Of a DNA stretch of 64,000 bases, positions 10,725 through 19,607 are shown piece by piece. The position numbers and the translations under genes were made by a program. The stretch is taken from sequence record DRR723986_3008, one strand, 5' to 3'. The notes under the pieces are model-generated. The model was not told where the DNA came from, ran no database searches, and was given only the letters and a program-made list of their open reading frames with translations. How positions within the stretch are numbered: position 1 is the first letter of the stretch; every line of letters begins with the position of its first letter.

Positions 10725-11192
10725 TTGAGCAATGTTTTTGACCCAAAGGCGTTTTGGCAATTTTCTGTGAACCTGTACGCGCGGGAGGGCGTGAAAGATT
10801 ATTGCCTTTCGCTGCAGAACGACCATGCTGTGGACATTAATTTGTTGCTATTGTGCTGCTGGCTAGATGAACAGGGTTATAAGCTTCCGGAAGAAACATT
10901 GGATAACCTGATTAACGTTGCGGGCCATTGGCAGCACAGCGTGCTGGGGCCGCTGCGCGCAAACCGTGATGCATTGAACAAAAATAGCGAAGACTATACA
11001 TCTGCCCTGGCAGCAGAGTTGACTATTGAGGCCAAAGAGCAACAGGCATTGATAGACCTAATTAACCTCGCCGAGATTAAGCAGGAAAAAAGCCTATTGC
11101 GCGGCACTTCAAATTACCTTGCCTACGCTTCAGCTGCGCAATTTCCCGTTAACTCGCAAGCCCCCCTGTTCAGCGCATATAAAGATAACTGA
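10725..11192 (+). CDS. TIGR02444/DUF2390 family protein
   Basis: FWQFSVNLYAREGVKDYCLSLQ...DINLLLLCCWL pattern; TTG start. Confidence 0.8.
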   Translation: MSNVFDPKAFWQFSVNLYAREGVKDYCLSLQNDHAVDINLLLLCCWLDEQGYKLPEETLDNLINVAGHWQHSVLGPLRANRDALNKNSEDYTSALAAELTIEAKEQQALIDLINLAEIKQEKSLLRGTSNYLAYASAAQFPVNSQAPLFSAYKDN

Positions 11193-11368
11193 TCATTTTA
11201 TCTTCGAGTCTACCATGTTTTTACGAAACAGTTTGATGCTTTAAAAACTTCATGCTGCGGTAAACCCCGATGATATCAATGAAACTTCGGACACAAATTC
11301 TTTCCGTGACTCTGAGTTTCAAAAATGATGGAATATAAGGGTAACAAACATAAGTAGGAGATACAGGT

Positions 11369-11539
11369 ATGAGCTTAGAAATGCATGTTGCCACACTGAA
11401 CCAAAAACATGCCGAAATTGAGGACGTTATAGCGCGCGAAGAATTGCGGCCTCAACCCGATGCAATCAAGCTCATGGACCTAAAGAAACAAAAACTCCGA
11501 CTTAAAGAAGAAATAGTACAATTAGGTACGCGGCATTAG
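11369..11539 (+). CDS. YdcH/DUF465 family protein (56 aa, not in the ORF track)
   Basis: Hand translation MSLEMHVATLNQKHAEIEDVIAREELRPQPDAIKLMDLKKQKLRLKEEIVQLGTRH*; AGGAG RBS upstream and terminator downstream. Confidence 0.88.
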   Translation: MSLEMHVATLNQKHAEIEDVIAREELRPQPDAIKLMDLKKQKLRLKEEIVQLGTRH

Positions 11540-11559
11540 CTAGGCTCGCGAAAAACTAT

Positions 11560-11598
11560 AAAAAAAGAGCGCGAGGTTTCGACCCGCGCTCTTTTTTT
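11560..11598. terminator. Bidirectional intrinsic terminator
   Basis: A7-GAGCGCG...CGCGCTC-T7 between convergent genes. Confidence 0.88.
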
Positions 11599-11648
11599 GT
11601 TTAATTGGTCATGTTTAAACACATAACTAAGCCAGAAAATGACCTAGT

Positions 11649-12332
11649 TTATTCTTTTGGCTCAGCCACAGCGATAGGCTCTGCTTCATTAGCCACCTCA
11701 GATGTTGGCTCCGGTGCAACTTCCGGCTCCGCCTTAGCAGCTTCTTCTGCTGCTTTAACCTTCGACGGACGCTTGGCTTCAGCTGCCGCCTCTGCTTTCG
11801 CAGCAGCCTTTTCCCTTTTCGCAGCCGCAACTTGCACAGCCTCATCCAGTTCCAATTGCTTGCAGAGCCCTAAACCAACCGGGTCTTGAGGGCGAATATT
11901 AGAAATATTCCAATGAGAGCGATCACGAATTGCCTGTATGGTTGGTTTGGTTGTCCCAACCAAACGGCTTACCTGCAAGTCAGATAACTCAGGGTGGTTA
12001 CGCACCAGCCATGCAATGGCATCAGGCTTATCCTGACGCTTGGAAACCGGCGTGTAACGCGGGCCTTTGGTGCGCGGCACGGCCTTCACATCATATTCTG
12101 AAATTACCAACCGTGCAGATGGGTCCGCTTGACAACGGTCCAATTCTGCCTGTGTTAACTGGCCACTGGTAGTAGGGTCTTGCCCAACAATATGCATGCC
12201 AACAGTGCCATCTGCGATGCCCTGCACCTCAAGCTCATGAAGTTCGCAAAATGCAGCGATTTGAGTAAACGTCAGCACGGTGTTATCCACCAGCCAAACT
12301 GCTGTCGCCATGGGCATTAATGGTTGTGTCAT
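11649..12332 (-). CDS. trcR: DUF1013 family cell-cycle transcriptional regulator TrcR
   Basis: PLMPMATAVWLVDNT, GPRYTPVSKRQDKPDAIAWL, HWN...PQDPVGLGLC. Confidence 0.88.
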   Translation of the reverse strand: MTQPLMPMATAVWLVDNTVLTFTQIAAFCELHELEVQGIADGTVGMHIVGQDPTTSGQLTQAELDRCQADPSARLVISEYDVKAVPRTKGPRYTPVSKRQDKPDAIAWLVRNHPELSDLQVSRLVGTTKPTIQAIRDRSHWNISNIRPQDPVGLGLCKQLELDEAVQVAAAKREKAAAKAEAAAEAKRPSKVKAAEEAAKAEPEVAPEPTSEVANEAEPIAVAEPKE

Positions 12333-12527
12333 CACAAAATTCCTAAATTACAAATATCTTCATCCGCAGAACTGCTTTCGCAGCCTGTCCCCCAGAGAAT
12401 TTGATTTTCCTGAAAGGGGTGGAGAGGAAACTCTACCAAAACCAACTGTAGCAATAGAATCGGTAACTGTCACCGCGAATATTACGTGTTCTGCTCTAAT
12501 TTTAGCACTTTTTTTCAAGTTTCTTGC

Positions 12528-13505
12528 CTATATTTCCAGAATTATCTTCCCCATATGCCCGCTCGACTCCATTAATGCATGCCCCGCGCTCGCCTTTTCA
12601 AGCGGCAGTATCGTATCAATCACCGGTTTCACATCGCCCTTTTCCAGCAGGGGCCAAACATGTTTTTGCAGCGCAAGCGCAATCGCACCCTTAAAAGCAT
12701 TATCCCGCGGTCGCAGCGTGCTACCCGTGAGGGTCAAGCGTTTCAGCATAACGGGCAACATGTTAAACTCCACCTGAGGGCCGTTTAAAAAGGCGATTGA
12801 TACATGCCGACCATCAGGGGCGAGGCAAGCAATATTTTTGGCGATATAGTCACCGCCAACCATATCCAGTACCGCATTCACACCCGCACCGCCTGTATAG
12901 TCAGCCACAAAGGCTTCAAAGTCTTCTTCGCGGTAATTCACTGCCAAATTGGCGCCGAGGTCCATGCAAAATGCCGCTTTTGCTGCACTGCCTACTGTCG
13001 TGACCACTTTTGCACCGAAAGCACGGGCCAATTGAATCGCTGTAGAGCCAATGCCTGATGACCCACCGTGAATGAGAATGGTTTCACCTGCGGTTAAACC
13101 AGCGCGATCAAAAACATTGGACCAAACAGTGAAGTAATTTTCCGGCAAGGCCGCCGCTTGGGCAAAGGAAAATCCATCCGGCACCGGTAGGCATGTTTCA
13201 ATTGGCGCAACACACAGTTCCGCATAGCCCCCGCCGGGAACCAGGGCGCAAACACTATCACCGACTTTAAAGTCAGCAACACCCTCGCCCAGCGCTTCAA
13301 TAGTGCCCGCAATTTCAAGACCAGGTGTGTCTGAGGCGCCGGGTGGCGGCGGATAGAGGCCCAAACGCTGAACAACGTCTGGCCGGTTTATGCCTGCGGC
13401 TTTTACCCTAACCAATACCTCGCCTGCGCCCGCAATCAAGTCTGGGCGCTCAGTCATTGTCAATACATCAGGGCCACCGGGCTCGCATATTTCAATTGCT
13501 TTCAT
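12528..13505 (-). CDS. NAD(P)H-quinone oxidoreductase, PIG3 family
   Basis: GINRPDVVQRLGLYPPPPGAS, HGGSSGIG, TGSTLRPR, GKIIL. Confidence 0.92.
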   Translation of the reverse strand: MKAIEICEPGGPDVLTMTERPDLIAGAGEVLVRVKAAGINRPDVVQRLGLYPPPPGASDTPGLEIAGTIEALGEGVADFKVGDSVCALVPGGGYAELCVAPIETCLPVPDGFSFAQAAALPENYFTVWSNVFDRAGLTAGETILIHGGSSGIGSTAIQLARAFGAKVVTTVGSAAKAAFCMDLGANLAVNYREEDFEAFVADYTGGAGVNAVLDMVGGDYIAKNIACLAPDGRHVSIAFLNGPQVEFNMLPVMLKRLTLTGSTLRPRDNAFKGAIALALQKHVWPLLEKGDVKPVIDTILPLEKASAGHALMESSGHMGKIILEI

Positions 13506-13611
13506 CGTTCACCTTTCAGGGTTATGATGCGGACAATTATGGCATATACTCACTCGATCACAAGCTTGAGTGAAACCCGTTGGTAATTAAGCAAATTACA
13601 TAGGTGTTGAA

Positions 13612-13806
13612 ATGGACTTTGACGACGCACCCCGCAAGAAAACCGGCCCGCTAACTGACCTGGAAAAAGAAGACCTTTCCACAATCAGCGCAGATGAGTT
13701 GACAGAACGCATAGACAGATTAGCTGCAGAGATAGACCGCACGCGCGCTGAAATTTCGGCAAAAATTGCCAGTAAATCTGCCGCCGAGGCCTTCTTCAAA
13801 TCATAA
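13612..13806 (+). CDS. DUF1192 family protein
   Basis: EDLSTISADELTERIDRLAAEIDR...SAAEAFFK pattern. Confidence 0.85.
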   Translation: MDFDDAPRKKTGPLTDLEKEDLSTISADELTERIDRLAAEIDRTRAEISAKIASKSAAEAFFKS

Positions 13807-13856
13807 GTATGCGCGAATGACTAAAACACAACTGCAAATCAACACACATGCTTTCG

Positions 13857-15038
13857 TTATAATTTAGCCCGGACTAAATGCTCGTTCGCCTCATCACGGT
13901 GTTTTTTCAGATATTTCATAAACGGTGTACCACCCGTTCCCACGTCTGATGCATTGCCGTACCCTCCTTTTGACTGCTTGTTTATGTAACTGGCAGCATA
14001 TTCCAGATGGCGCGTTCTAAACTGCGAAAGCTTGGTGACATTTTCGTTGTATAAGTCTGTAAGAACCTCAGAATCGGCATTTTTAACAAAAGCACGCAAA
14101 TTGCTATTAACGCGAATGTCCTCAATGAAGCGCCGATGCGCGGGTGGGCGGTATTCATGCAGCTCGTCCAGATACTGCCTTAACGGATCATTGGCATGGT
14201 CAATGCCTAAAAAGGCATCTACCGATGGCACAATGGATGACTGTGACCCGGTTTGCCCCCGAAAAGCTTGCGGCAGTCCTTTCGTTTCTTTAACACCTTC
14301 ATATACAAGGCCTTCACCCAGCGCCGGGTTATCTTTCCAGCCATGAATCCACGGGCGAACACGGTGAAAATACACATAAGGGTCACAGCGTTCAGGCATA
14401 CGATCGAAAATAGCGTTGATATCATCCCAAACCCCCGACATATTCCCCAGACCCGCTTTAACAAAGGCATAGTCTCCGCAGGTTGCCGCATTAATCATGC
14501 CCGGCATAGCGGCCAGCATTTCGCCGGCCCTCGCCTCAATAGCCACGTGAATAATAACAAACCACGCCTCGTCTTGCCCGCCGATAAAAGGCTGAATCAT
14601 GTGAATGTTGGAAAGGTCAAGCGCTTTGGTGCTATCAACCCGGCCCCAATTATCAAGAACATAGCCTGAATAGGGCAATAGCGGCTTTTGCCCAATTGAC
14701 TTGGCTAACTGCCAAATGGGCAGCGCCAAGCACTTTGGCAAGCTTTTCGGCGCGCTGTCTTCCCCCCACACATAAGCTTGCACCATGAAAGAATAATGCA
14801 CCATGGCAACACGCTGCTCTGCCTCACTGGCTTGCGCGCAAAAGTTCGTCAAATCAACACAGTCAATCCTTTCAAGATGCTTTCGCACCTCACCAGTTGG
14901 CACCAGCTTCGGCAATGCCATTGCTGTGTGAACGACGGGCTGTAGAAACTGTGGCAACGTCACTTGTTCAGGGTCAATGGACGATAAAAACCCTCGGTCT
15001 GCTGAAATTCCATAAGTCGCCAGATCTGACATCGACAT
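13857..15038 (-). CDS. Indoleamine 2,3-dioxygenase family heme protein
   Basis: YVLDNW, FHRVRPWIHGW, FRGQTGSQSS, proximal His in FRTRHLEYAASYI, GTGGTPFMKYL. Confidence 0.88.
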   Translation of the reverse strand: MSMSDLATYGISADRGFLSSIDPEQVTLPQFLQPVVHTAMALPKLVPTGEVRKHLERIDCVDLTNFCAQASEAEQRVAMVHYSFMVQAYVWGEDSAPKSLPKCLALPIWQLAKSIGQKPLLPYSGYVLDNWGRVDSTKALDLSNIHMIQPFIGGQDEAWFVIIHVAIEARAGEMLAAMPGMINAATCGDYAFVKAGLGNMSGVWDDINAIFDRMPERCDPYVYFHRVRPWIHGWKDNPALGEGLVYEGVKETKGLPQAFRGQTGSQSSIVPSVDAFLGIDHANDPLRQYLDELHEYRPPAHRRFIEDIRVNSNLRAFVKNADSEVLTDLYNENVTKLSQFRTRHLEYAASYINKQSKGGYGNASDVGTGGTPFMKYLKKHRDEANEHLVRAKL

Positions 15039-15140
15039 AATACTATCCTTTATGCATGCAATTAAGTTTGCACAATAATGATAGATTATTGACCGAATAT
15101 CTTTGCTTTATCAGCGATTATACTTAAAAATACACAATAA

Positions 15141-15593
15141 ATGATAGAAATTGACCATATAAACAGCAAAATATTGCATGAGCTTGAGCGCAACGGTCGC
15201 ATCAGCAATACTGATTTGGCCAATCGCGTGGGCCTGTCGGCATCTGCATGTTTGCGCCGCGTTCAGGACCTGGAGCGAACCGGCATCATCAAAGGATACC
15301 GCGCCTCGCTGGACCGGACAAAGCTGGGTGGACATATTACCGTGTTTGTTATGGTTGGTTTGTCAGAGCATTTAAAGAAAGATGCACAAGCGTTTGAACA
15401 CGCCATGACAGCATCCCCTCACGTGCGGGAGTGCCATAACATAACTGGCGCCGTTGAATATTTACTGCGTGTGGAAGTGTCCGACTTAACAGCCTACAAA
15501 GAATTTCATGCAGATGTGCTGGGAACGCAAACACAAGTTAGTAGCATTACATCATATATCAGCCTTGGCTCGCCGAAAGATATGCGGGCCTGA
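15141..15593 (+). CDS. Lrp/AsnC family transcriptional regulator
   Basis: HTH LANRVGLSASACLRRV and C-terminal ECHNITGAVEYLLRV; divergent from the IDO gene. Confidence 0.95.
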   Translation: MIEIDHINSKILHELERNGRISNTDLANRVGLSASACLRRVQDLERTGIIKGYRASLDRTKLGGHITVFVMVGLSEHLKKDAQAFEHAMTASPHVRECHNITGAVEYLLRVEVSDLTAYKEFHADVLGTQTQVSSITSYISLGSPKDMRA

Positions 15594-15620
15594 AAAGCAT
15601 AGATAATACCTACTCAAAAT

Positions 15621-15660
15621 GGAAAAGGTGGAGGCAAACCACAAGCGGTGTTGCCTCCAC
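15621..15660 (-). terminator. Terminator-like hairpin
   Basis: 10-bp stem GTGGAGGCAA/TTGCCTCCAC followed on the minus strand by CTTTTCC. Confidence 0.6.
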
Positions 15661-15718
15661 AAGGTATACGACAGCGAGGGTCGTTGGGGGAATAAATATG
15701 CTTAGGCAAATGTTTAGC

Positions 15719-15746
15719 GCGCCTCAAACCATATGGCTTGAGGCGC
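15719..15746. terminator. Hairpin just downstream of hsp20
   Basis: 9-bp stem GCGCCTCAA/TTGAGGCGC; no strong U tract. Confidence 0.5.
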
Positions 15747-15769
15747 TTATCTGCCCGGATATATATGAA

Positions 15770-16228
15770 TTAAGCGGCGTCAGACTCGATTGTTTTCATC
15801 TGGCTTTCGCTTGTTCTGATCGAAATATTGCGCGGCTTTTTATGATCAGGGATCACGCGGCGCAGTTCAATCTCTAGAAGACCATTTTCAAATTTGGCTT
15901 CACCAACTTGAATAGTGTCCGCAAGTTCAAATCGGCGCTCAAATGCACGCTTGGCAATGCCGCGATGCAGGAAGCTACGCTCGGTCTCGGCTTCTTCTGC
16001 TTTGCCCGCCAGTACCAATGTGCCTTCTTGCACGGTGATTGTTAGTTCATCAGGCGAAAAGCCGGCAACCGCCATAGTGATGCGGTAATCGTCTTCAGAT
16101 AATTTTTCAATGTTATACGGCGGATAAGCCGCTGCGCCGTCGCTGGTAAGCGCCGAATCAAGCAGTCGGTTCAAATGGTCAAAACCAACAGTGCTACGCA
16201 TTAATGGGGATAAGTCAAAAGTTCTCAT
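15770..16228 (-). CDS. ibpA: Small heat shock protein, Hsp20/IbpA type
   Basis: MRTFDLSPLMRSTVGFD, YPPYNIE, LHRGIAKRAFERRF, ENGLL; AGGAG RBS before ATG 16228. Confidence 0.95.
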   Translation of the reverse strand: MRTFDLSPLMRSTVGFDHLNRLLDSALTSDGAAAYPPYNIEKLSEDDYRITMAVAGFSPDELTITVQEGTLVLAGKAEEAETERSFLHRGIAKRAFERRFELADTIQVGEAKFENGLLEIELRRVIPDHKKPRNISIRTSESQMKTIESDAA

Positions 16229-16320
16229 GTCAAGCTCTCCTACAGAAGCAACTAGATTATACGACCCGCCACTATGGCCCGGCCTCAGTTTTTCTGGCCC
16301 CGCATGAAGCGGCAACCAAA
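16229..16320 (-). promoter_or_regulatory. ROSE-type RNA thermometer in the hsp20 5' UTR
   Basis: Minus strand GTTGCTTC-TGTA-GGAGAGC: the conserved UUGCU pairs with the SD leaving a bulged G; GC-rich upstream segment. Confidence 0.78.
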
Positions 16321-16329
16321 CGAAACTTT

Positions 16330-16358
16330 ATGTAGGAACAGCTAATATATCTTGCAAG
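16330..16358 (-). promoter_or_regulatory. RpoH (sigma32)-type promoter of hsp20
   Basis: CTTGCA-N16-CCTACAT, close to the alphaproteobacterial CTTGAA-N15/16-CCTATAT consensus. Confidence 0.7.
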
Positions 16359-16423
16359 AGCCTGAATAAGAAAAAGACGCTAAAAAAAGCGCCTTCTCCA
16401 AAAAACTTAGCGATGTCAAAAGC

Positions 16424-16648
16424 TTACTTATTAAGCTTCAAGCCACCAAAACGCTTATTAAAGCGTGCTACACGGCCACCTTCCATGATCTGGCGTGTAC
16501 CGCCAGTCCATGCTGGATGAGACTTAGGGTCAATCTCAAGATTGAGTGTATCGCCTTCTGAACCCCATGTTGAACGGGTTTCAAAAGTTGTCCCATCTGT
16601 CATAACCACTTTGATTGTATGGTAATCGGGATGAATTTCTTGTTTCAT
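16424..16648 (-). CDS. rpmE: 50S ribosomal protein L31
   Basis: [10 protein letters not shown]...SHPAWTGG...[10 protein letters not shown]; cysteine-free form. Confidence 0.97.
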   Translation of the reverse strand: MKQEIHPDYHTIKVVMTDGTTFETRSTWGSEGDTLNLEIDPKSHPAWTGGTRQIMEGGRVARFNKRFGGLKLNK

Positions 16649-16842
16649 GGTCGTATCTCCAAAAACGAGGCGTCCGTATAGGATATAGCGAACATGAATG
16701 CAAGGTTGTTATATTGATTTTTCACACCCTTGGCATATTTTCCCGCTTAGCACTGAAAAATTGTGGCGCAATCGTATTTCAATCGTTGGCTTTTTGCCCC
16801 ACCTTGCCTATATGACATTCAGGTTAGTGAGGGAAAAAACAA

Positions 16843-18633
16843 ATGAGCGACAATACTGTTCGCCAAGAACATCAGCCCCCGAAGGGCAAGCTTGTAAACC
16901 TGAAGACTTTATGGTCGTTCGTCCGGGTTTATAAGCCTTATCTTTTTTGGGCCGGTTTTTTCCTGATCATTGCCGCCCTTACTGTTTTAATAGTGCCAAC
17001 TGCTTTAGGCGACATTGTTGACAAGGGTTTTTCATCTGAAAATGCCCAAAAAGTTGACGACTATTTTTATGTTTTCTTTGGTATAGTCATGGTTATGGCG
17101 GTTGCCACCGCCGCACGGTTTTACTTTGTCACCTGGATTGGCGAACGGGTGGTGGCCGACATACGTAAGGCAGTGTATGAAAGGCTTATTACGCTTTCTC
17201 CTGAATTTTTTGAAGAAAACCGACCAGGTGAAATTGTTTCTCGACTTACGGCAGACACTACATTGGTGCAAACTATCGTTGGCTCCAGCGTATCGGTTTG
17301 GGCGCGTAATTTTCTAATTGCAGTTGTCGGCACCATTTGGCTGTTCTTCATGTCACCAGAGTTGATGACATATATTCTACTCATGATACCTCTGCTGTTG
17401 GGCATCATTATTTATGTTGGTAAGCGCGTACGTAATTTATCACGGACCAGCCAGGATAAAGTGGCCGATGTGGGCGCACGCGCCAACGAGTCGCTATCAG
17501 CGCTCAATATTGTGCAAGCTTTCACTCAAGAGCAATCGGAAGCCCGCCGATTCGGCAACCATGTAGACGATGCATTTCTCGCGGCACGCCGACGCATTCA
17601 AGTACGCGCAGCTCTCACATTCACTATGATTTCAATGATTTTTGGTGCCATTGCTGTTGTTTTATACCAAGGCGCGCAGGATGTTATCGCCGGCTCCATG
17701 ACTGGTGGGCAAATGCTTGATTTCATCATGCGAGCGGTTTTTGTGGCCGGGGCATTCGGTGCTTTATCAGAGGTTTATAGTGAATTACAGCGCGCAGCTG
17801 GCGCTGCAGGCCGGCTAGCAGAGTTATTGAGTGCAGAAGCTGTAATTAAAGCCCCCGAAAACCCGGTGGCGATGCCTGCCAATGTAAAAGGCGAGATTAA
17901 ATTTAACGATATTACCTTCCACTATCCCAGCAAAAAAGATGAAGCTGCTTTGTCCGGTTTCAACCTTACAGTGAAGCCAGGCGAAACATTGGCGCTTGTT
18001 GGCCCGTCGGGCGCAGGGAAAACAACAGTTTTGCAACTGCTCCTCAGATTTTATGATCCACAAAACGGCACCATTACCATTGATGGTATTAACATCTCTG
18101 ACACGGAGCCAACGGACTTCCGCAAGCACTTGTCGCTGGTGCCGCAAGAGACCATCATTTTCGCAGATACGATCGCTGAAAATATTCGCTATGGACGTTT
18201 GGACGCAACAGACGAAGAAGTTCGTGCTGCAGCAAAAGCAGCAGCGGCACATGATTTTATCGAACGCGCCGATGAAGGCTATGACACCTTTCTCGGTGAG
18301 CGCGGCACACGCCTTTCAGGCGGCCAGCGCCAGCGCATTGCCATAGCGCGCGCTATTCTGCGAGACGCCCCTATCTTGTTGCTGGATGAAGCCACCAGTG
18401 CTCTCGACGCCGAGTCAGAACTGAAGGTACAAAGCGCCCTTGATAATCTGATGCAAGACCGCACAACGCTGGTGATTGCACACCGATTGGCCACAGTGAA
18501 GAAGGCTGACCGTATCATTGTGCTGGATGAAGGTAAAATTGTTGCTGAGGGCACCCACGCGGAGCTGGTTGCTAAAGATGGCCTCTATAAACGCCTTGCT
18601 GACTTGCAATTCGGCGGCGATGCAGCGGCCTAA
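16843..18633 (+). CDS. MsbA-related ABC exporter (fused TMD-NBD)
   Basis: About six TM helices, GPSGAGKTT, LSGGQRQR, LLLDEATSALD, IAHRL. Confidence 0.93.
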   Translation: MSDNTVRQEHQPPKGKLVNLKTLWSFVRVYKPYLFWAGFFLIIAALTVLIVPTALGDIVDKGFSSENAQKVDDYFYVFFGIVMVMAVATAARFYFVTWIGERVVADIRKAVYERLITLSPEFFEENRPGEIVSRLTADTTLVQTIVGSSVSVWARNFLIAVVGTIWLFFMSPELMTYILLMIPLLLGIIIYVGKRVRNLSRTSQDKVADVGARANESLSALNIVQAFTQEQSEARRFGNHVDDAFLAARRRIQVRAALTFTMISMIFGAIAVVLYQGAQDVIAGSMTGGQMLDFIMRAVFVAGAFGALSEVYSELQRAAGAAGRLAELLSAEAVIKAPENPVAMPANVKGEIKFNDITFHYPSKKDEAALSGFNLTVKPGETLALVGPSGAGKTTVLQLLLRFYDPQNGTITIDGINISDTEPTDFRKHLSLVPQETIIFADTIAENIRYGRLDATDEEVRAAAKAAAAHDFIERADEGYDTFLGERGTRLSGGQRQRIAIARAILRDAPILLLDEATSALDAESELKVQSALDNLMQDRTTLVIAHRLATVKKADRIIVLDEGKIVAEGTHAELVAKDGLYKRLADLQFGGDAAA

Positions 18634-18646
18634 TTAGGACCAAGCT

Positions 18647-19600
18647 ATGCAGCCCATCCTTTTCATTCACATCCCGAAAACAGCCGGCACCAGCTTTAAT
18701 GAAAATGCTGAAAAATGCTTCGGCTTAGATGTGATGGAAAAGGACTACGGCGCTGAAGCGAACCATACAAGTGCGCTGGTGAAAGACCATATTTACGGCG
18801 AAGAAACCATTGACGAATATGGTTTTCATCAAGCCTTCAAGCAGGCTGGCAAAAAATGGCTAACTGGTCACTTCAATGCTGACCGATATTTGCCCCTGAT
18901 GGGCTGCCAGAATACGCTGGCATTTGTACGCGACCCTGTGGACCGTGTTATCTCGGAATATCTATACCGAAAACGACAGTTCGGCTTGGACCGCTCACTG
19001 GAAGCTTTCTACCAAGACCCCGGCGAGACCAACAAACAATTCCGTATGATCGGCGAATACCCATGGCAGGCTTTCCAGTTTGTCGGCACGCAGGCACGCT
19101 ACCAAGACTGTCTAAGCCACCTGAACAAGACACTAATGCTTGGCTTTGAGAATATTCAAACGAACACCCGCAAAGACAGCGCACATTTGGATATTAGCGA
19201 CAATGACAAAGCTGAAATTCGTCGCTGGAATGAGCGCGACTGTATTTTCTATGATGAAGTGACCGCATATCTGGAAAAACAATTTACCGCGGCCAAAAAC
19301 AGCGAAGCTTTTTGCTACCACAACTTTGGCTTTGAAGCTGGCAAGCATGTGATTGGTTGGGCTTTTTATGCAGGGCAAGACAAGGCTGTCGAAATTAGTT
19401 TATTTGTTGATGGCCAGCCTGTGCAAACAACGCGCGCCAGCGAACATCTCTCAGAGCTGCAACTGATCGGCGCGCCGCGCGCAGGAAACGTTGGTTTTCG
19501 GTTTGTCCTAAGCGACTATGCAAACGCTGAAACAATTGAAGTGAAAGCGTTGAGCACAGCACAGGCAGAGCAAACTTTGCTTTCATGGTCTGCGCCCTAA
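18647..19600 (+). CDS. PAPS-dependent sulfotransferase family protein with a C-terminal beta-rich domain
   Basis: 5'-PSB FIHIPKTAGTS and 3'-PB FVRDPVDRVISEY. Confidence 0.85.
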   Translation: MQPILFIHIPKTAGTSFNENAEKCFGLDVMEKDYGAEANHTSALVKDHIYGEETIDEYGFHQAFKQAGKKWLTGHFNADRYLPLMGCQNTLAFVRDPVDRVISEYLYRKRQFGLDRSLEAFYQDPGETNKQFRMIGEYPWQAFQFVGTQARYQDCLSHLNKTLMLGFENIQTNTRKDSAHLDISDNDKAEIRRWNERDCIFYDEVTAYLEKQFTAAKNSEAFCYHNFGFEAGKHVIGWAFYAGQDKAVEISLFVDGQPVQTTRASEHLSELQLIGAPRAGNVGFRFVLSDYANAETIEVKALSTAQAEQTLLSWSAP

Positions 19601-19607
19601 CGAAAAG

